Shown here: one piece after another, positions 28,799 through 36,846 of the stretch | Layout of the letters: each line of letters opens with the position of its first letter | Numbering within the stretch: position 1 is the stretch's first letter | IMG/VR virus record: IMGVR_UViG_3300042898_002099 | Strand: one strand, 5' to 3' | Source of the DNA: a virus | Length of the DNA stretch: 64,000 bases | Notes under the pieces: model-generated | The model's database searches: none | Told to the model about the DNA's origin: nothing | What the model saw: the letters and a program-made list of their open reading frames with translations, nothing else | Program-made: the position numbers and the translations under genes

Positions 28799-29728
28799 TT
28801 AATCTTCAGCTAATTTAGCGAAGTAGGATAAAGACTCGTCGTCATTATCAAAGTCGATATCTTTAGGAGGCGCTTTAACTGGCGCCTTTTCTACGACTGG
28901 TCGATTTGCTTTGGGTGCAGACTCAACTTGTTCGTTCAAGTCTGTTTCGTCAGCCCGCTTGCCTGGTGCAGTGCCACCTGCTAGTCCCATGACCATAACA
29001 AATTTCTTTTTCAATTCGTCATAAGATTTAAAGTGCTTCTCATCTAAGAACTGTGTCAAAGAATGTTGCTTGCCCCAAATGCTTTCGATGATGGAATCAT
29101 CTTCAGAGATGGCGCTTGCAGCTTCGAACTCAGACTTATCATAATTACGATAGCCTTCAACATTGCGAATCTTCAACTTGAAGTTTGCGCCTGTATCAAA
29201 GTCAAATACATTGACTGGCTTTTCGTCTTGAAACTGAGGCTCAGCCATATCTTTAATTTTATCAAAGATTTTCTTACCGAATTTATAAAGGAATACTTTA
29301 CCTTCATTTTCGGGATGTGCTGGGTCTTTAATTACTAAGATGTTAGTAATATAACTTAGCTTGCGCTTTTGTTTACGAGCAATTTCTTTATTTGCTTCTG
29401 AACCGGAATTCCAGAGTTCTGTGTTAAACTCAGAAACAGGATCTGCTTTACCTAATGTGGTCAAAGAATTCTCGATGTACCATTTACCACCTGGGCCTTG
29501 GAATCCATGATTCCAAACGCGAACCCAGGGTAGATCTTCGCCTTGAGGTGTTGGCAAGAATCGAATAACAGCATAGCCGTTACCTGCCTTGTCCACTTCC
29601 GGAGACCAGTAACGATCATCCGCGCCTCGAGATTCCGATTGGGGGTTTGCGATCTTTTCTACCTCTTTCATGAGGCTGTCAAATCCGCCGCGGGATTTTC
29701 TAAGATCAGATAGTGAGTTGATTGCCAT
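28799..29728 (-). CDS. gp32: Single-stranded DNA-binding protein gp32
   Basis: DDRYW.P..DKAGNGYAVIRFLP, H.FQGPGGKWYIENSLTT, GKVFLYKFGKKIFDK, acidic tail LSYF.KLA. Confidence 0.97.
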   Translation of the reverse strand: MAINSLSDLRKSRGGFDSLMKEVEKIANPQSESRGADDRYWSPEVDKAGNGYAVIRFLPTPQGEDLPWVRVWNHGFQGPGGKWYIENSLTTLGKADPVSEFNTELWNSGSEANKEIARKQKRKLSYITNILVIKDPAHPENEGKVFLYKFGKKIFDKIKDMAEPQFQDEKPVNVFDFDTGANFKLKIRNVEGYRNYDKSEFEAASAISEDDSIIESIWGKQHSLTQFLDEKHFKSYDELKKKFVMVMGLAGGTAPGKRADETDLNEQVESAPKANRPVVEKAPVKAPPKDIDFDNDDESLSYFAKLAED

Positions 29729-29772
29729 AATATTTCCTTTTCGTATTTACGGTGTATAAAAGTATGTTTGTA

Positions 29773-29967
29773 TTAACGTCGTTTAATTTTAATATAATTC
29801 GCATATTCATAATCAAAGTCATCTTCAGTATCATCCAATTTTTTAGATGATGCTATATTATATATAAGTTTTTTATGCTTGTCAATAGCAGTTTTCTTAG
29901 ATATATTCTTTATTTTGCCTTCTCGATAGTCATAATCGGAAGACAAATTTCGTTTTTTAATACTCAT
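29773..29967 (-). CDS. Hypothetical protein
   Basis: 64 aa basic ORF in operon. Confidence 0.55.
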   Translation of the reverse strand: MSIKKRNLSSDYDYREGKIKNISKKTAIDKHKKLIYNIASSKKLDDTEDDFDYEYANYIKIKRR

Positions 29968-29993
29968 ATTAAAAAGTGAGGTTCCTTTTACCT

Positions 29994-30215
29994 TTATGTT
30001 TCGTCATTCTTATTTGAATGCACTACAATGTACGGCCAATGTGAAATTTTCTTCGTTAATTCGGCTTGGTTGTACGCCATCTTCATTAAATATCTCTGTG
30101 TCTCTTTTAGGGACTCAATTGTATTACCTAGTAATTCTCGAGTAATCAATAATTCTTTTTCAAGAGTTTGAATCTTCTGTGTTGTTATGTCCAACTCTTC
30201 GTCTAAATATTGCAT
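29994..30215 (-). CDS. Hypothetical coiled-coil protein (start likely 30215)
   Basis: AAGGA SD before MQYLDEE. Confidence 0.55.
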   Translation of the reverse strand: MQYLDEELDITTQKIQTLEKELLITRELLGNTIESLKETQRYLMKMAYNQAELTKKISHWPYIVVHSNKNDET

Positions 30216-30789
30216 CGAATTTTTCCTTATCAAACTTTAAAAACGGTTTGTATTTTCTAATTAGTCTTGATATATCTGGCCACATAATTTTGTCTTGTAT
30301 TTCAGAATCAAATGTGTCTAGATACGGTCGTATTTTTTCAAGAATAACTAGAGTCTCTAAACTGATAGTTTTTCTAAGAAATGCTTTTATTATATATGGA
30401 TGGTATGCTTTTGTGATTTTAAAGGAATCGTCGAAAGTTAGCTTCTCTGAGTCTAATTCTTCAATCAACCTATCAATATCGTTAGTAAAGATGTATGACA
30501 AACTCTCTACTCGCTTTTTCCAATCTGTATATCTTTGATTTGCTTCTGAGTCAAACATCCCGCCCCATCGATCACCAGACACGAAGTTAGCTATTAAGAA
30601 ATTAGCTACTTCTTCGTCAGAGTAGGTTTTAGAAACTTTTTTAATAGAGAACAAATCTTTTCTCTTCGCAAAAGCCTGACGACTTGCTCTCACTCTTCCG
30701 CGCTGTTGAATCGCATCATAATTTTCTGTAGTGAAATGTAACTTTAATGCCAAGTACATTTTATACACTGAATATTCGTCCATAATCAC
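30160..30789 (-). CDS. gp59: Helicase loader gp59
   Basis: YKMYLALKLHFT..NYD, F.KRKD, ISLETLVIL, KY.PFL. Confidence 0.9.
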   Translation of the reverse strand: MIMDEYSVYKMYLALKLHFTTENYDAIQQRGRVRASRQAFAKRKDLFSIKKVSKTYSDEEVANFLIANFVSGDRWGGMFDSEANQRYTDWKKRVESLSYIFTNDIDRLIEELDSEKLTFDDSFKITKAYHPYIIKAFLRKTISLETLVILEKIRPYLDTFDSEIQDKIMWPDISRLIRKYKPFLKFDKEKFDAIFRRRVGHNNTEDSNS

Positions 30790-31052
30790 AATGGTAGTTT
30801 TCCCCGTTTTTTAAAATAATTTTGATCTTCTGCTTCTGATTGAATCTTATCTTTCAGAGACTGATTAATTAATTTAGACACAGACTCAATATCAATGTCT
30901 ACTTCATTACAATATTGTATAACAGCATCCATATAACCGATCTTTTCTCTAAACACTCGTTCTTCTATGTGTAGTGAAAATTCATTAGGTGATCTAAATT
31001 TTTTAGTAATAATCAAACTATCAGTTAAAATATATTGTACTTCTTCGTTCAT
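30786..31052 (-). CDS. gp33: Late transcription coactivator gp33
   Basis: FS..IE..V......YMDA...YC....ID.E.V.KLI...LK.KI..EA. Confidence 0.9.
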   Translation of the reverse strand: MNEEVQYILTDSLIITKKFRSPNEFSLHIEERVFREKIGYMDAVIQYCNEVDIDIESVSKLINQSLKDKIQSEAEDQNYFKKRGKLPL

Positions 31053-31720
31053 TGTGTTTCCGGGAAAAGAACCTCATCCATAAAATTCATAAACACATCT
31101 TTATCTACTCCGAAGTTAATCATCATCGCAGGTGTATGTGGATTTAATTTTTGGTTCTTACAGTAATTGTTATGTGCTTCTTTATAATTGTCTTTTGACT
31201 CTATACCTACATTATATAGGTAATAGTCTAGATTGTCAATAACCGTAGATGCTAGTTGATCAAATTCTTCTTGAGTTTGAATGTTTCCCGCCGCCAGCAT
31301 ATTTGGACTGAAAATGCGCTTAGCCCAATCTGGTAATTCTCTTGGTTTGTTCCAAGTAATTTTTGACATCTTATCCTGGTACCAATCATATGTTTTTGAG
31401 TCGCCAGTATGTGAGAAATCGTGGAATGCACCTGTAATTTTGTTTTGTCCGCATACTATGTCAAAACCAAAAATGGGGTCTGAGGAATTGTGATGCGGGA
31501 AGATACACATATGCATGACCCACATCTTTTTATGTTTCGTGGCATCTACAATCTCAATGTGTGCTCTACGAAATTTGTCAGAAGTCCAAATATAATTTTC
31601 CCACGTAAAATTATCAGACTCGTGTCTATATTCTGGCTTCAAATCTTCAGGTGTGTATGACTCTAATTTTTTAATAATATCTTTTGCAAGCTTGTTGGCC
31701 TGCGGCCACACTTCAATCAT
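31049..31720 (-). CDS. pcyX: Ferredoxin-dependent bilin reductase, PcyX type
   Basis: FRRAH.E.VD, WVMH.CIFP, PIFGFD.V.G.NKITG.FHDFS, RELP.WA..IFS..M.AAGN, YC.NQK.NPHT. Confidence 0.85.
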   Translation of the reverse strand: MIEVWPQANKLAKDIIKKLESYTPEDLKPEYRHESDNFTWENYIWTSDKFRRAHIEIVDATKHKKMWVMHMCIFPHHNSSDPIFGFDIVCGQNKITGAFHDFSHTGDSKTYDWYQDKMSKITWNKPRELPDWAKRIFSPNMLAAGNIQTQEEFDQLASTVIDNLDYYLYNVGIESKDNYKEAHNNYCKNQKLNPHTPAMMINFGVDKDVFMNFMDEVLFPETQ

Positions 31721-32246
31721 TATAATCTTTCAACATATTAATATTATGAGTAAATGCCACATTGGCTTCTTCGGCTAATGATACATTTAATTTCTGTCTC
31801 ACATTTGCAATTAGTTGTGGTAAATTTTCAAACTGAAACATTCTATTACTACCAGGTAATAATTTAGCTAACATTTGTCCGCCGAACATATCGCCCATAT
31901 GTCTTACATATACATGAGCTAACATTTTAGTTGTATCGTCTTTAATTGTTTCTAAATAATTAATATAATTAATTGTTGACGCATTTAACTTGCCACTGGA
32001 TGCCCCATCGCCTATTAATTCATTGTAGTCTAATTCGATTGCTTTTGCTCTTTTAATATTGTCTATACCTTTAAAAATACCTAGTCGTGAACCATGCCAC
32101 TCTAAATTTTGATACAGTACTAGCAATTGATACAAATAGTCAATATATTTGTCTCTGTCAACTTGACCTTTGAAAATTGATTTAATAAAAGGTTGCTCTT
32201 CAGCTTCCTTGTGTTTTTCCGAAGTTAATTCTTTTAATGTACTCAT
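31713..32246 (-). CDS. hemO: Heme oxygenase
   Basis: LKELT...H..AE, AHVYVRHMGDMFGGQ, EA..AF. Confidence 0.92.
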   Translation of the reverse strand: MSTLKELTSEKHKEAEEQPFIKSIFKGQVDRDKYIDYLYQLLVLYQNLEWHGSRLGIFKGIDNIKRAKAIELDYNELIGDGASSGKLNASTINYINYLETIKDDTTKMLAHVYVRHMGDMFGGQMLAKLLPGSNRMFQFENLPQLIANVRQKLNVSLAEEANVAFTHNINMLKDYND

Positions 32247-32851
32247 AAACCTCCCATTCCACCGCTAGGTGGCGGAAATCCCAAATATTGTCTGTGGTCA
32301 TATTTGTAATCTCTATACTTACCAAATTTATCTACATAATGTAGAAACGCTTGTGTTTGTCTTTCGCCTTTGTATTCATCTCGCCAATGTGGTAAGATAT
32401 CACCCTTGTAAACAATAAGATCTCCTGGTTCTAAAAAGATAGGAAAACGCTCACCTTTTAAATTATCAAACCAAATTTCCCAAGGTTCAGGATCTACAGA
32501 AATATTAACAGTGGTTGAAAATTCGCAACTTGGTCTATCAGTATGTTCTGTCATTACTGCACCTTTATAATATATCCTCGCATAGGTATAAGTATTATAA
32601 AGTTTTTTACCTGTTATATCTTCCATCATTGGTAACATTTGTACAGATAATGTTTCGAAACAAGCCGCAGAATAATAAGCAAAACTATTTGTTACTTGGG
32701 TATCACCAAACATAAATTTGTTTTCCTCACTTTGACCACCCTTCATATAAGTTACTCTTTTTAGTAACTCAAATTCCAAATCTAGATGTTCTACTAATTG
32801 AGGTTGAATTGCGCCTCTTACAACTTCATATAGATTGTCTTTAAATGACAT
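32243..32851 (-). CDS. 2OG-Fe(II) oxygenase family protein
   Basis: TY.YARIY, HTDRPSCE.S.T, GD..VYKG....HWR, Q.FLHY. Confidence 0.85.
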   Translation of the reverse strand: MSFKDNLYEVVRGAIQPQLVEHLDLEFELLKRVTYMKGGQSEENKFMFGDTQVTNSFAYYSAACFETLSVQMLPMMEDITGKKLYNTYTYARIYYKGAVMTEHTDRPSCEFSTTVNISVDPEPWEIWFDNLKGERFPIFLEPGDLIVYKGDILPHWRDEYKGERQTQAFLHYVDKFGKYRDYKYDHRQYLGFPPPSGGMGGL

Positions 32852-32864
32852 ATTATTCCTTAAT

Positions 32865-32900
32865 AAAAAAAGTAGGTTATTCTGTTACGAGGAAACCTAC
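32865..32900 (-). terminator. Hairpin + U-tract ending the tmRNA coding piece
   Basis: GTAGGTT...AACCTAC followed by T7. Confidence 0.65.
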
Positions 32901-33045
32901 CGAAACCCTAAGCAGCGTTTAGGCTGCTAAAGCGAACTGTTCGTCGTTTGCATTTACGTTTTTTGCTTCTTCGGCCGAGTTACCTCAACCCTGCGGGTTT
33001 CACATTCCCGAGCTGTCCACTCTGTTACTAATTGCCCTGTCGAAA

Positions 33046-33228
33046 CTATTCAGGCCCCTCAAAAAGATTTTTCCATCTGTCTAGTGCTTCGAAGTAGCTG
33101 ATCCAGACACATCCTTCACATCCTCTACCACAACACGTAGTTGGTTCTTGTGGCCTAGGATAAAAATCTTTTTGGTGGACCTGGGGGGATTCGCACCCCC
33201 GTCCAGAACACCGTTCTCTTTGCTTCAT
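33046..33228 (-). CDS. Small Cys-rich Oxidored-like (PF09791-type) protein overlapping the tmRNA
   Basis: [27 protein letters not shown] matches the PxEPxxCCGxGCxxCVWxxYxxxLxxW pattern; ATG 4 nt after upstream stop. Confidence 0.65.
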   Translation of the reverse strand: MKQRERCSGRGCESPQVHQKDFYPRPQEPTTCCGRGCEGCVWISYFEALDRWKNLFEGPE

Positions 33229-33232
33229 ACAG

Positions 33233-33442
33233 CTATAAAATATTAGTTAAATCTCCAACATGCACATATCCATCAACTTTTAGATTAGGATCGCTAATAC
33301 ACTCTAACAAGACATGCCTTTTATCAACATCGTCAGGATGAAAGTGTTTGACAACAAATTCATGTCCTCGATATTTGTCATAAAAAGGTTTGAATGGTGG
33401 TTTGTAAACCTTATCTAAAAATTTAACTTTTTGTGATAACAT
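33233..33442 (-). CDS. Hypothetical protein
   Basis: 69 aa. Confidence 0.55.
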   Translation of the reverse strand: MLSQKVKFLDKVYKPPFKPFYDKYRGHEFVVKHFHPDDVDKRHVLLECISDPNLKVDGYVHVGDLTNIL

Positions 33443-33495
33443 ATTATATATTGTCTAGAATTGAAAATCTATTATATAGTTGATCTTTTATTATA

Positions 33496-34149
33496 CTAGA
33501 TCAACTTCCATTTCTTATATTCTGCTCGTAGCTCTTTAAATCCGTCGATCCATTTGTTTCGTTTTTCTACAAACACCAATGGCTTTTCATCATCTACTGC
33601 TATGAGCACTACTAATTGTGGTACTGGTATTTTAGTCATCTCTTCGAAAGCAACGGCATATGCTGCACATTGCATAAAATAATCATGAATATCATCATGA
33701 TGTTTTATACGTCTGGATGTTTTGAAATCTATTACTGACATTTTACCATTGTATTCACCTATACAATCTACAGTCCCTGCGACTTCTAGATGATCTGAAT
33801 ATAATGGTTGTTCTAAAGCGTGAATGTTGTCAATGCTATGAAGTACCGGTTTCATATTTTGCCACATCTCAACATCAAACATATTTGGAACAATTTCCTT
33901 GTTTAAAAGATATTGTTCACATAAGCTGTGAATGCGCGTTCCACGGCCAGCGGCCTTGCTAGATATTTTGTTTGCTTCTTCTTCGCCTACTCTCTTACGC
34001 CATTCTATAATTGCTTGTTTTTTAAGCAATCCAGTGACAGTAGTTACAGACGGGTATGCTTTACCCGATGGTGTTTCATAAACACGGCTACCATTATCAG
34101 CGGTAACTCGTTTTAGTTTAGGAAACTCAAGTTGTACATGATTAAACAT
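33496..34149 (-). CDS. PD-(D/E)XK exonuclease (T4-like phage family)
   Basis: YPSVTTV, WR.RVGEEEA, RGT..H, AG.VDCI, IDFKTS, Q..AYA. Confidence 0.88.
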   Translation of the reverse strand: MFNHVQLEFPKLKRVTADNGSRVYETPSGKAYPSVTTVTGLLKKQAIIEWRKRVGEEEANKISSKAAGRGTRIHSLCEQYLLNKEIVPNMFDVEMWQNMKPVLHSIDNIHALEQPLYSDHLEVAGTVDCIGEYNGKMSVIDFKTSRRIKHHDDIHDYFMQCAAYAVAFEEMTKIPVPQLVVLIAVDDEKPLVFVEKRNKWIDGFKELRAEYKKWKLI

Positions 34150-34492
34150 AAGGTTTTAGATTTGGAGGTTTCCATCCTTCGGGTTTTAATATTTTACCAT
34201 CTTCGCGACGAATTACTTTACCAGTTTTATAGTCAATTTTATGCAGATTACTATCAGCAACTTCTTTCCAAGCGCCTCTAACATCAAAGCCTTTCATATG
34301 ACAATAACCTAGAATAACCCAGATCATATCCATACAAGCATCTAATTGCTCTACATCGTCTCGCATAACCGTTGCTTGACGGAATTCATCATATTCTTCA
34401 GCAATCAAATCGCGATATAAATGAACATTTTCCTCACAAGGTTTTTGTTCGCACGCCTTCAAAAACACATCCACATCAAGTATCATTGACAT
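34142..34492 (-). CDS. MazG-like / PRA-PH nucleotide pyrophosphohydrolase
   Basis: LI.EE..E, DA..D..WV..G, EV..SN..K, REDGK.LKP.GW.PP. Confidence 0.85.
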   Translation of the reverse strand: MSMILDVDVFLKACEQKPCEENVHLYRDLIAEEYDEFRQATVMRDDVEQLDACMDMIWVILGYCHMKGFDVRGAWKEVADSNLHKIDYKTGKVIRREDGKILKPEGWKPPNLKPYV

Positions 34493-34504
34493 AATTTACC
34501 TTTA

Positions 34505-35131
34505 TTAGCCGGCCAAAATTTCTAAATTGTGCTCGTAATGTTTTTTACGATCTTCTAATCCTATTGTACCACCATTGATCTTCTTTGTCAATAGTAATAT
34601 ATCCTTATTATCTGCAATAGCATTTAATTTGTTTTTTGTCCAAAACCAACAAGCAGATTCAATAGCACCATCCATTGTTTCGCAATAATGAACAGCATCT
34701 TCTAATGTTAGCCCAATAGAGTTGGCAAATGCTTGATAATTTAATTTACCTGTAAGTTGGATAGCACCACGACCTCTGTGTGCATAACCATCACCGGAAG
34801 CTTCGGGTCCGTTACCCATTCTGTTTGCGTAAATTCTGTTTGCGATCTTTTCAGGTTTGCGCTCATATTCTTTTGCCAATGCTTCTGTTGCGAAATACTT
34901 TTTAAATAATCCCAACAATCCTTTGGCGCCATAATTTAAATTTTCTTGTAGTACAGTAAAGTCTAAAGACTCATGACCACATTGTGCTAAAAATGCAGCA
35001 ACTCTTTCGACAGTTGTTATCTCATACTTCGGCAACACATTTTCAAGTGCCTCAAATAAAACAGGGATGTTTTTATTTCTAGATAAACATTGCTGTAACT
35101 TTTCTTCAGTAAATTCAAACTCAAAACTCAT
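34505..35131 (-). CDS. Glycoside hydrolase family 19 endolysin
   Basis: AAFLAQCGHES, ENLNY, IANR.YANRMGNG...GDG..RGRG.IQLTG, INGG..GL.DR. Confidence 0.92.
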   Translation of the reverse strand: MSFEFEFTEEKLQQCLSRNKNIPVLFEALENVLPKYEITTVERVAAFLAQCGHESLDFTVLQENLNYGAKGLLGLFKKYFATEALAKEYERKPEKIANRIYANRMGNGPEASGDGYAHRGRGAIQLTGKLNYQAFANSIGLTLEDAVHYCETMDGAIESACWFWTKNKLNAIADNKDILLLTKKINGGTIGLEDRKKHYEHNLEILAG

Positions 35132-35141
35132 TTTATTCTCC

Positions 35142-35696
35142 TTATACTTCTATATAATTTCTATCTTTAGTAAACCAAATTGGCATTGTATATCTAGTAC
35201 CAACAACTGTACTAACACCGTGACTATATTCTATGCCTGCGGGATATAATGCCAATTTGCCCTTCATAGGTTTAATAAAATGTGGACCGTGTCCCGGAAA
35301 AAAGGTTTCGCCTCCGGCAAAATCATCGTTCAAATATAATACTCCGGAATAATTTCTCCAAGAACAGAAATTTGGTTCGCCTTCTTGATCGCAGTTGTCT
35401 GCGTGTAAAATCATCCCGGAGCCGCTTTCCCAAGAAACCAAATCTGTGTAATCTGGATACAGATATTCTTCATTGAATACTTTTTTTGCTACGGCTGTTG
35501 CATCAAACTTAAATGCATTAACCCAGCGTTTAATTGTGTAGTCTTGAATATTACTGTAATCTATAGTTTTACCGTTGAATAATCTATTGCGCCCACTTAC
35601 GTTCATCCTTGGTCTCGTACTAAACCAAGCAACGATTGTGTCGCATAAATCATCCGGTAAAAAGTTCTCAAATTCATAGATTTGATTATCTCTCAT
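35142..35696 (-). CDS. 2OG-Fe(II) oxygenase (prolyl-hydroxylase-like)
   Basis: HAD, YLNDDF.GGE..F, HGV..V..G.RY. Confidence 0.88.
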   Translation of the reverse strand: MRDNQIYEFENFLPDDLCDTIVAWFSTRPRMNVSGRNRLFNGKTIDYSNIQDYTIKRWVNAFKFDATAVAKKVFNEEYLYPDYTDLVSWESGSGMILHADNCDQEGEPNFCSWRNYSGVLYLNDDFAGGETFFPGHGPHFIKPMKGKLALYPAGIEYSHGVSTVVGTRYTMPIWFTKDRNYIEV

Positions 35697-35704
35697 TTTA
35701 ACTC

Positions 35705-36457
35705 CTAATTTGTTTCATATTTATTTTCATATTCTAGTCTCGCTAATATATATTCCTTAACTATAGAAGATCTTACAATGTCACCTGTGCCGAATTCAAA
35801 AGTCTTAAAACTTGGCATCATGTCTGCAATTGCCATAAACTTCTTTAATCCAGACATATCGGTTTTTTTGTATAAATCAGTTTGTCTAAAGTCTCCGCAA
35901 AATATGATCTTTGACCGTGGCCCTACTCTGGTCATTATAGAATTTAATTCCATGTCAGTCATATTTTGACACTCATCTACAATTATAATAGAATTACTCA
36001 AAGTAATTCCTCTAACAAAAGAGGTTATCATAAATTGTACTGCCTTTTGCTCTACAAGTCTTGTATATGCGTCTGGCCTATCAAATAAGTCTTGACAAAT
36101 TTCTACATATGGTGCGGTATATACTTCTGTTTTTTCTTTTTCGTCTCCAGGCAAATGCCCAATTTCTCTACTAGGCACTGCTGATCTAACTATTACTATC
36201 CTTTGATATTGATTTCGTTTATCTAAAACCTCATCTAATGCATGGTATAACGCTATGTATGTTTTTCCTGTTCCTGCAACTCCGTGTAACAAAGAAACTT
36301 TCGATTTCTCATATGCATCAAAAAACCCTTTCTGATTGTCAGTTAATGGCTTAATGGTCTTCATATCTGATAAACATAACTTCAACTTATTATTAGTTAT
36401 AGTAAGTTGGGGTGTTTGATTATTTTGAATCTGAAGGTTAGTTCTTGCTTTTGCCAT
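35705..36457 (-). CDS. phoH: PhoH-like ATPase
   Basis: G.AGTGKT, RS.VP.REIG.LPG, SF.RG.T, DE.QN, GD..Q.D, DIVRS. Confidence 0.95.
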   Translation of the reverse strand: MAKARTNLQIQNNQTPQLTITNNKLKLCLSDMKTIKPLTDNQKGFFDAYEKSKVSLLHGVAGTGKTYIALYHALDEVLDKRNQYQRIVIVRSAVPSREIGHLPGDEKEKTEVYTAPYVEICQDLFDRPDAYTRLVEQKAVQFMITSFVRGITLSNSIIIVDECQNMTDMELNSIMTRVGPRSKIIFCGDFRQTDLYKKTDMSGLKKFMAIADMMPSFKTFEFGTGDIVRSSIVKEYILARLEYENKYETN

Positions 36458-36484
36458 GTGCGTCCTCTTTGGATAGTACGAAAT

Positions 36485-36510
36485 GAGGACAATTTCTAAG
36501 GATTGTCCTC
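36485..36510. promoter_or_regulatory. Hairpin in phoH leader
   Basis: GAGGACAAT-8nt-ATTGTCCTC 9-bp stem. Confidence 0.5.
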
Positions 36511-36545
36511 CCGATTTTTAAAGTGGGATTTTAGCATCATATATT

Positions 36546-36806
36546 TTAGCGTCTGCTCAACTTATCTGAAAGATTAGCTTGACGACCGTTAGTCGAATTA
36601 ATCTTAGATAAAACTTCCCTAAATCCGTTGTCTATAGTTCGTACGCCTAAACGGACAGGGTCGCCGAAGGGAATCGGCGTTGTGTGGTGAGATTCGTATT
36701 TGGTAGAATTGCAGGTAGGGCAATGTTGATTTTCCCTTTCCGAAATTCGACACATAACTTCAAAAATGTTTGAGCACTCAGAACATTTGAAATCGTAAAA
36801 TGGCAT
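36546..36806 (-). CDS. FmdB-family zinc ribbon protein
   Basis: MP.YDF.C..C...FE...CP.C. Confidence 0.85.
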   Translation of the reverse strand: MPFYDFKCSECSNIFEVMCRISERENQHCPTCNSTKYESHHTTPIPFGDPVRLGVRTIDNGFREVLSKINSTNGRQANLSDKLSRR

Positions 36807-36846
36807 TAATTAGCTCCTAATACAATTATATATTAAATTGTAAGTT

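Larger units (their letters stand above)
32865..33232 (-). ncRNA. ssrA: Circularly permuted (two-piece) tmRNA: acceptor piece ~33232-33173, intervening segment 33172-33058, coding piece 33057-~32872
   Basis: T-arm GGGGG-TGCGAAT-CCCCC + CAGGTCC-A-CCA precedes GGGCCTG...TTCGAC; acceptor stem has G3:U70; tag ANDEQFALAA-stop at 32951-32919. Confidence 0.93.

Noticed and set aside
31049-32246. Cyanophage identity from ho1/pcyA-like genes
   Set aside because: Reductase motifs are PcyX-type, no photosynthesis genes are visible, and the tmRNA tag looks proteobacterial
33173-33210. tRNA-like T-arm and CCA end
   Set aside because: No D or anticodon arm; it is the acceptor piece of the permuted tmRNA
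33496-34149. Cas4-like nuclease as part of a CRISPR system
   Set aside because: Common T4-like exonuclease; no repeat-spacer array or other cas genes seen in the window
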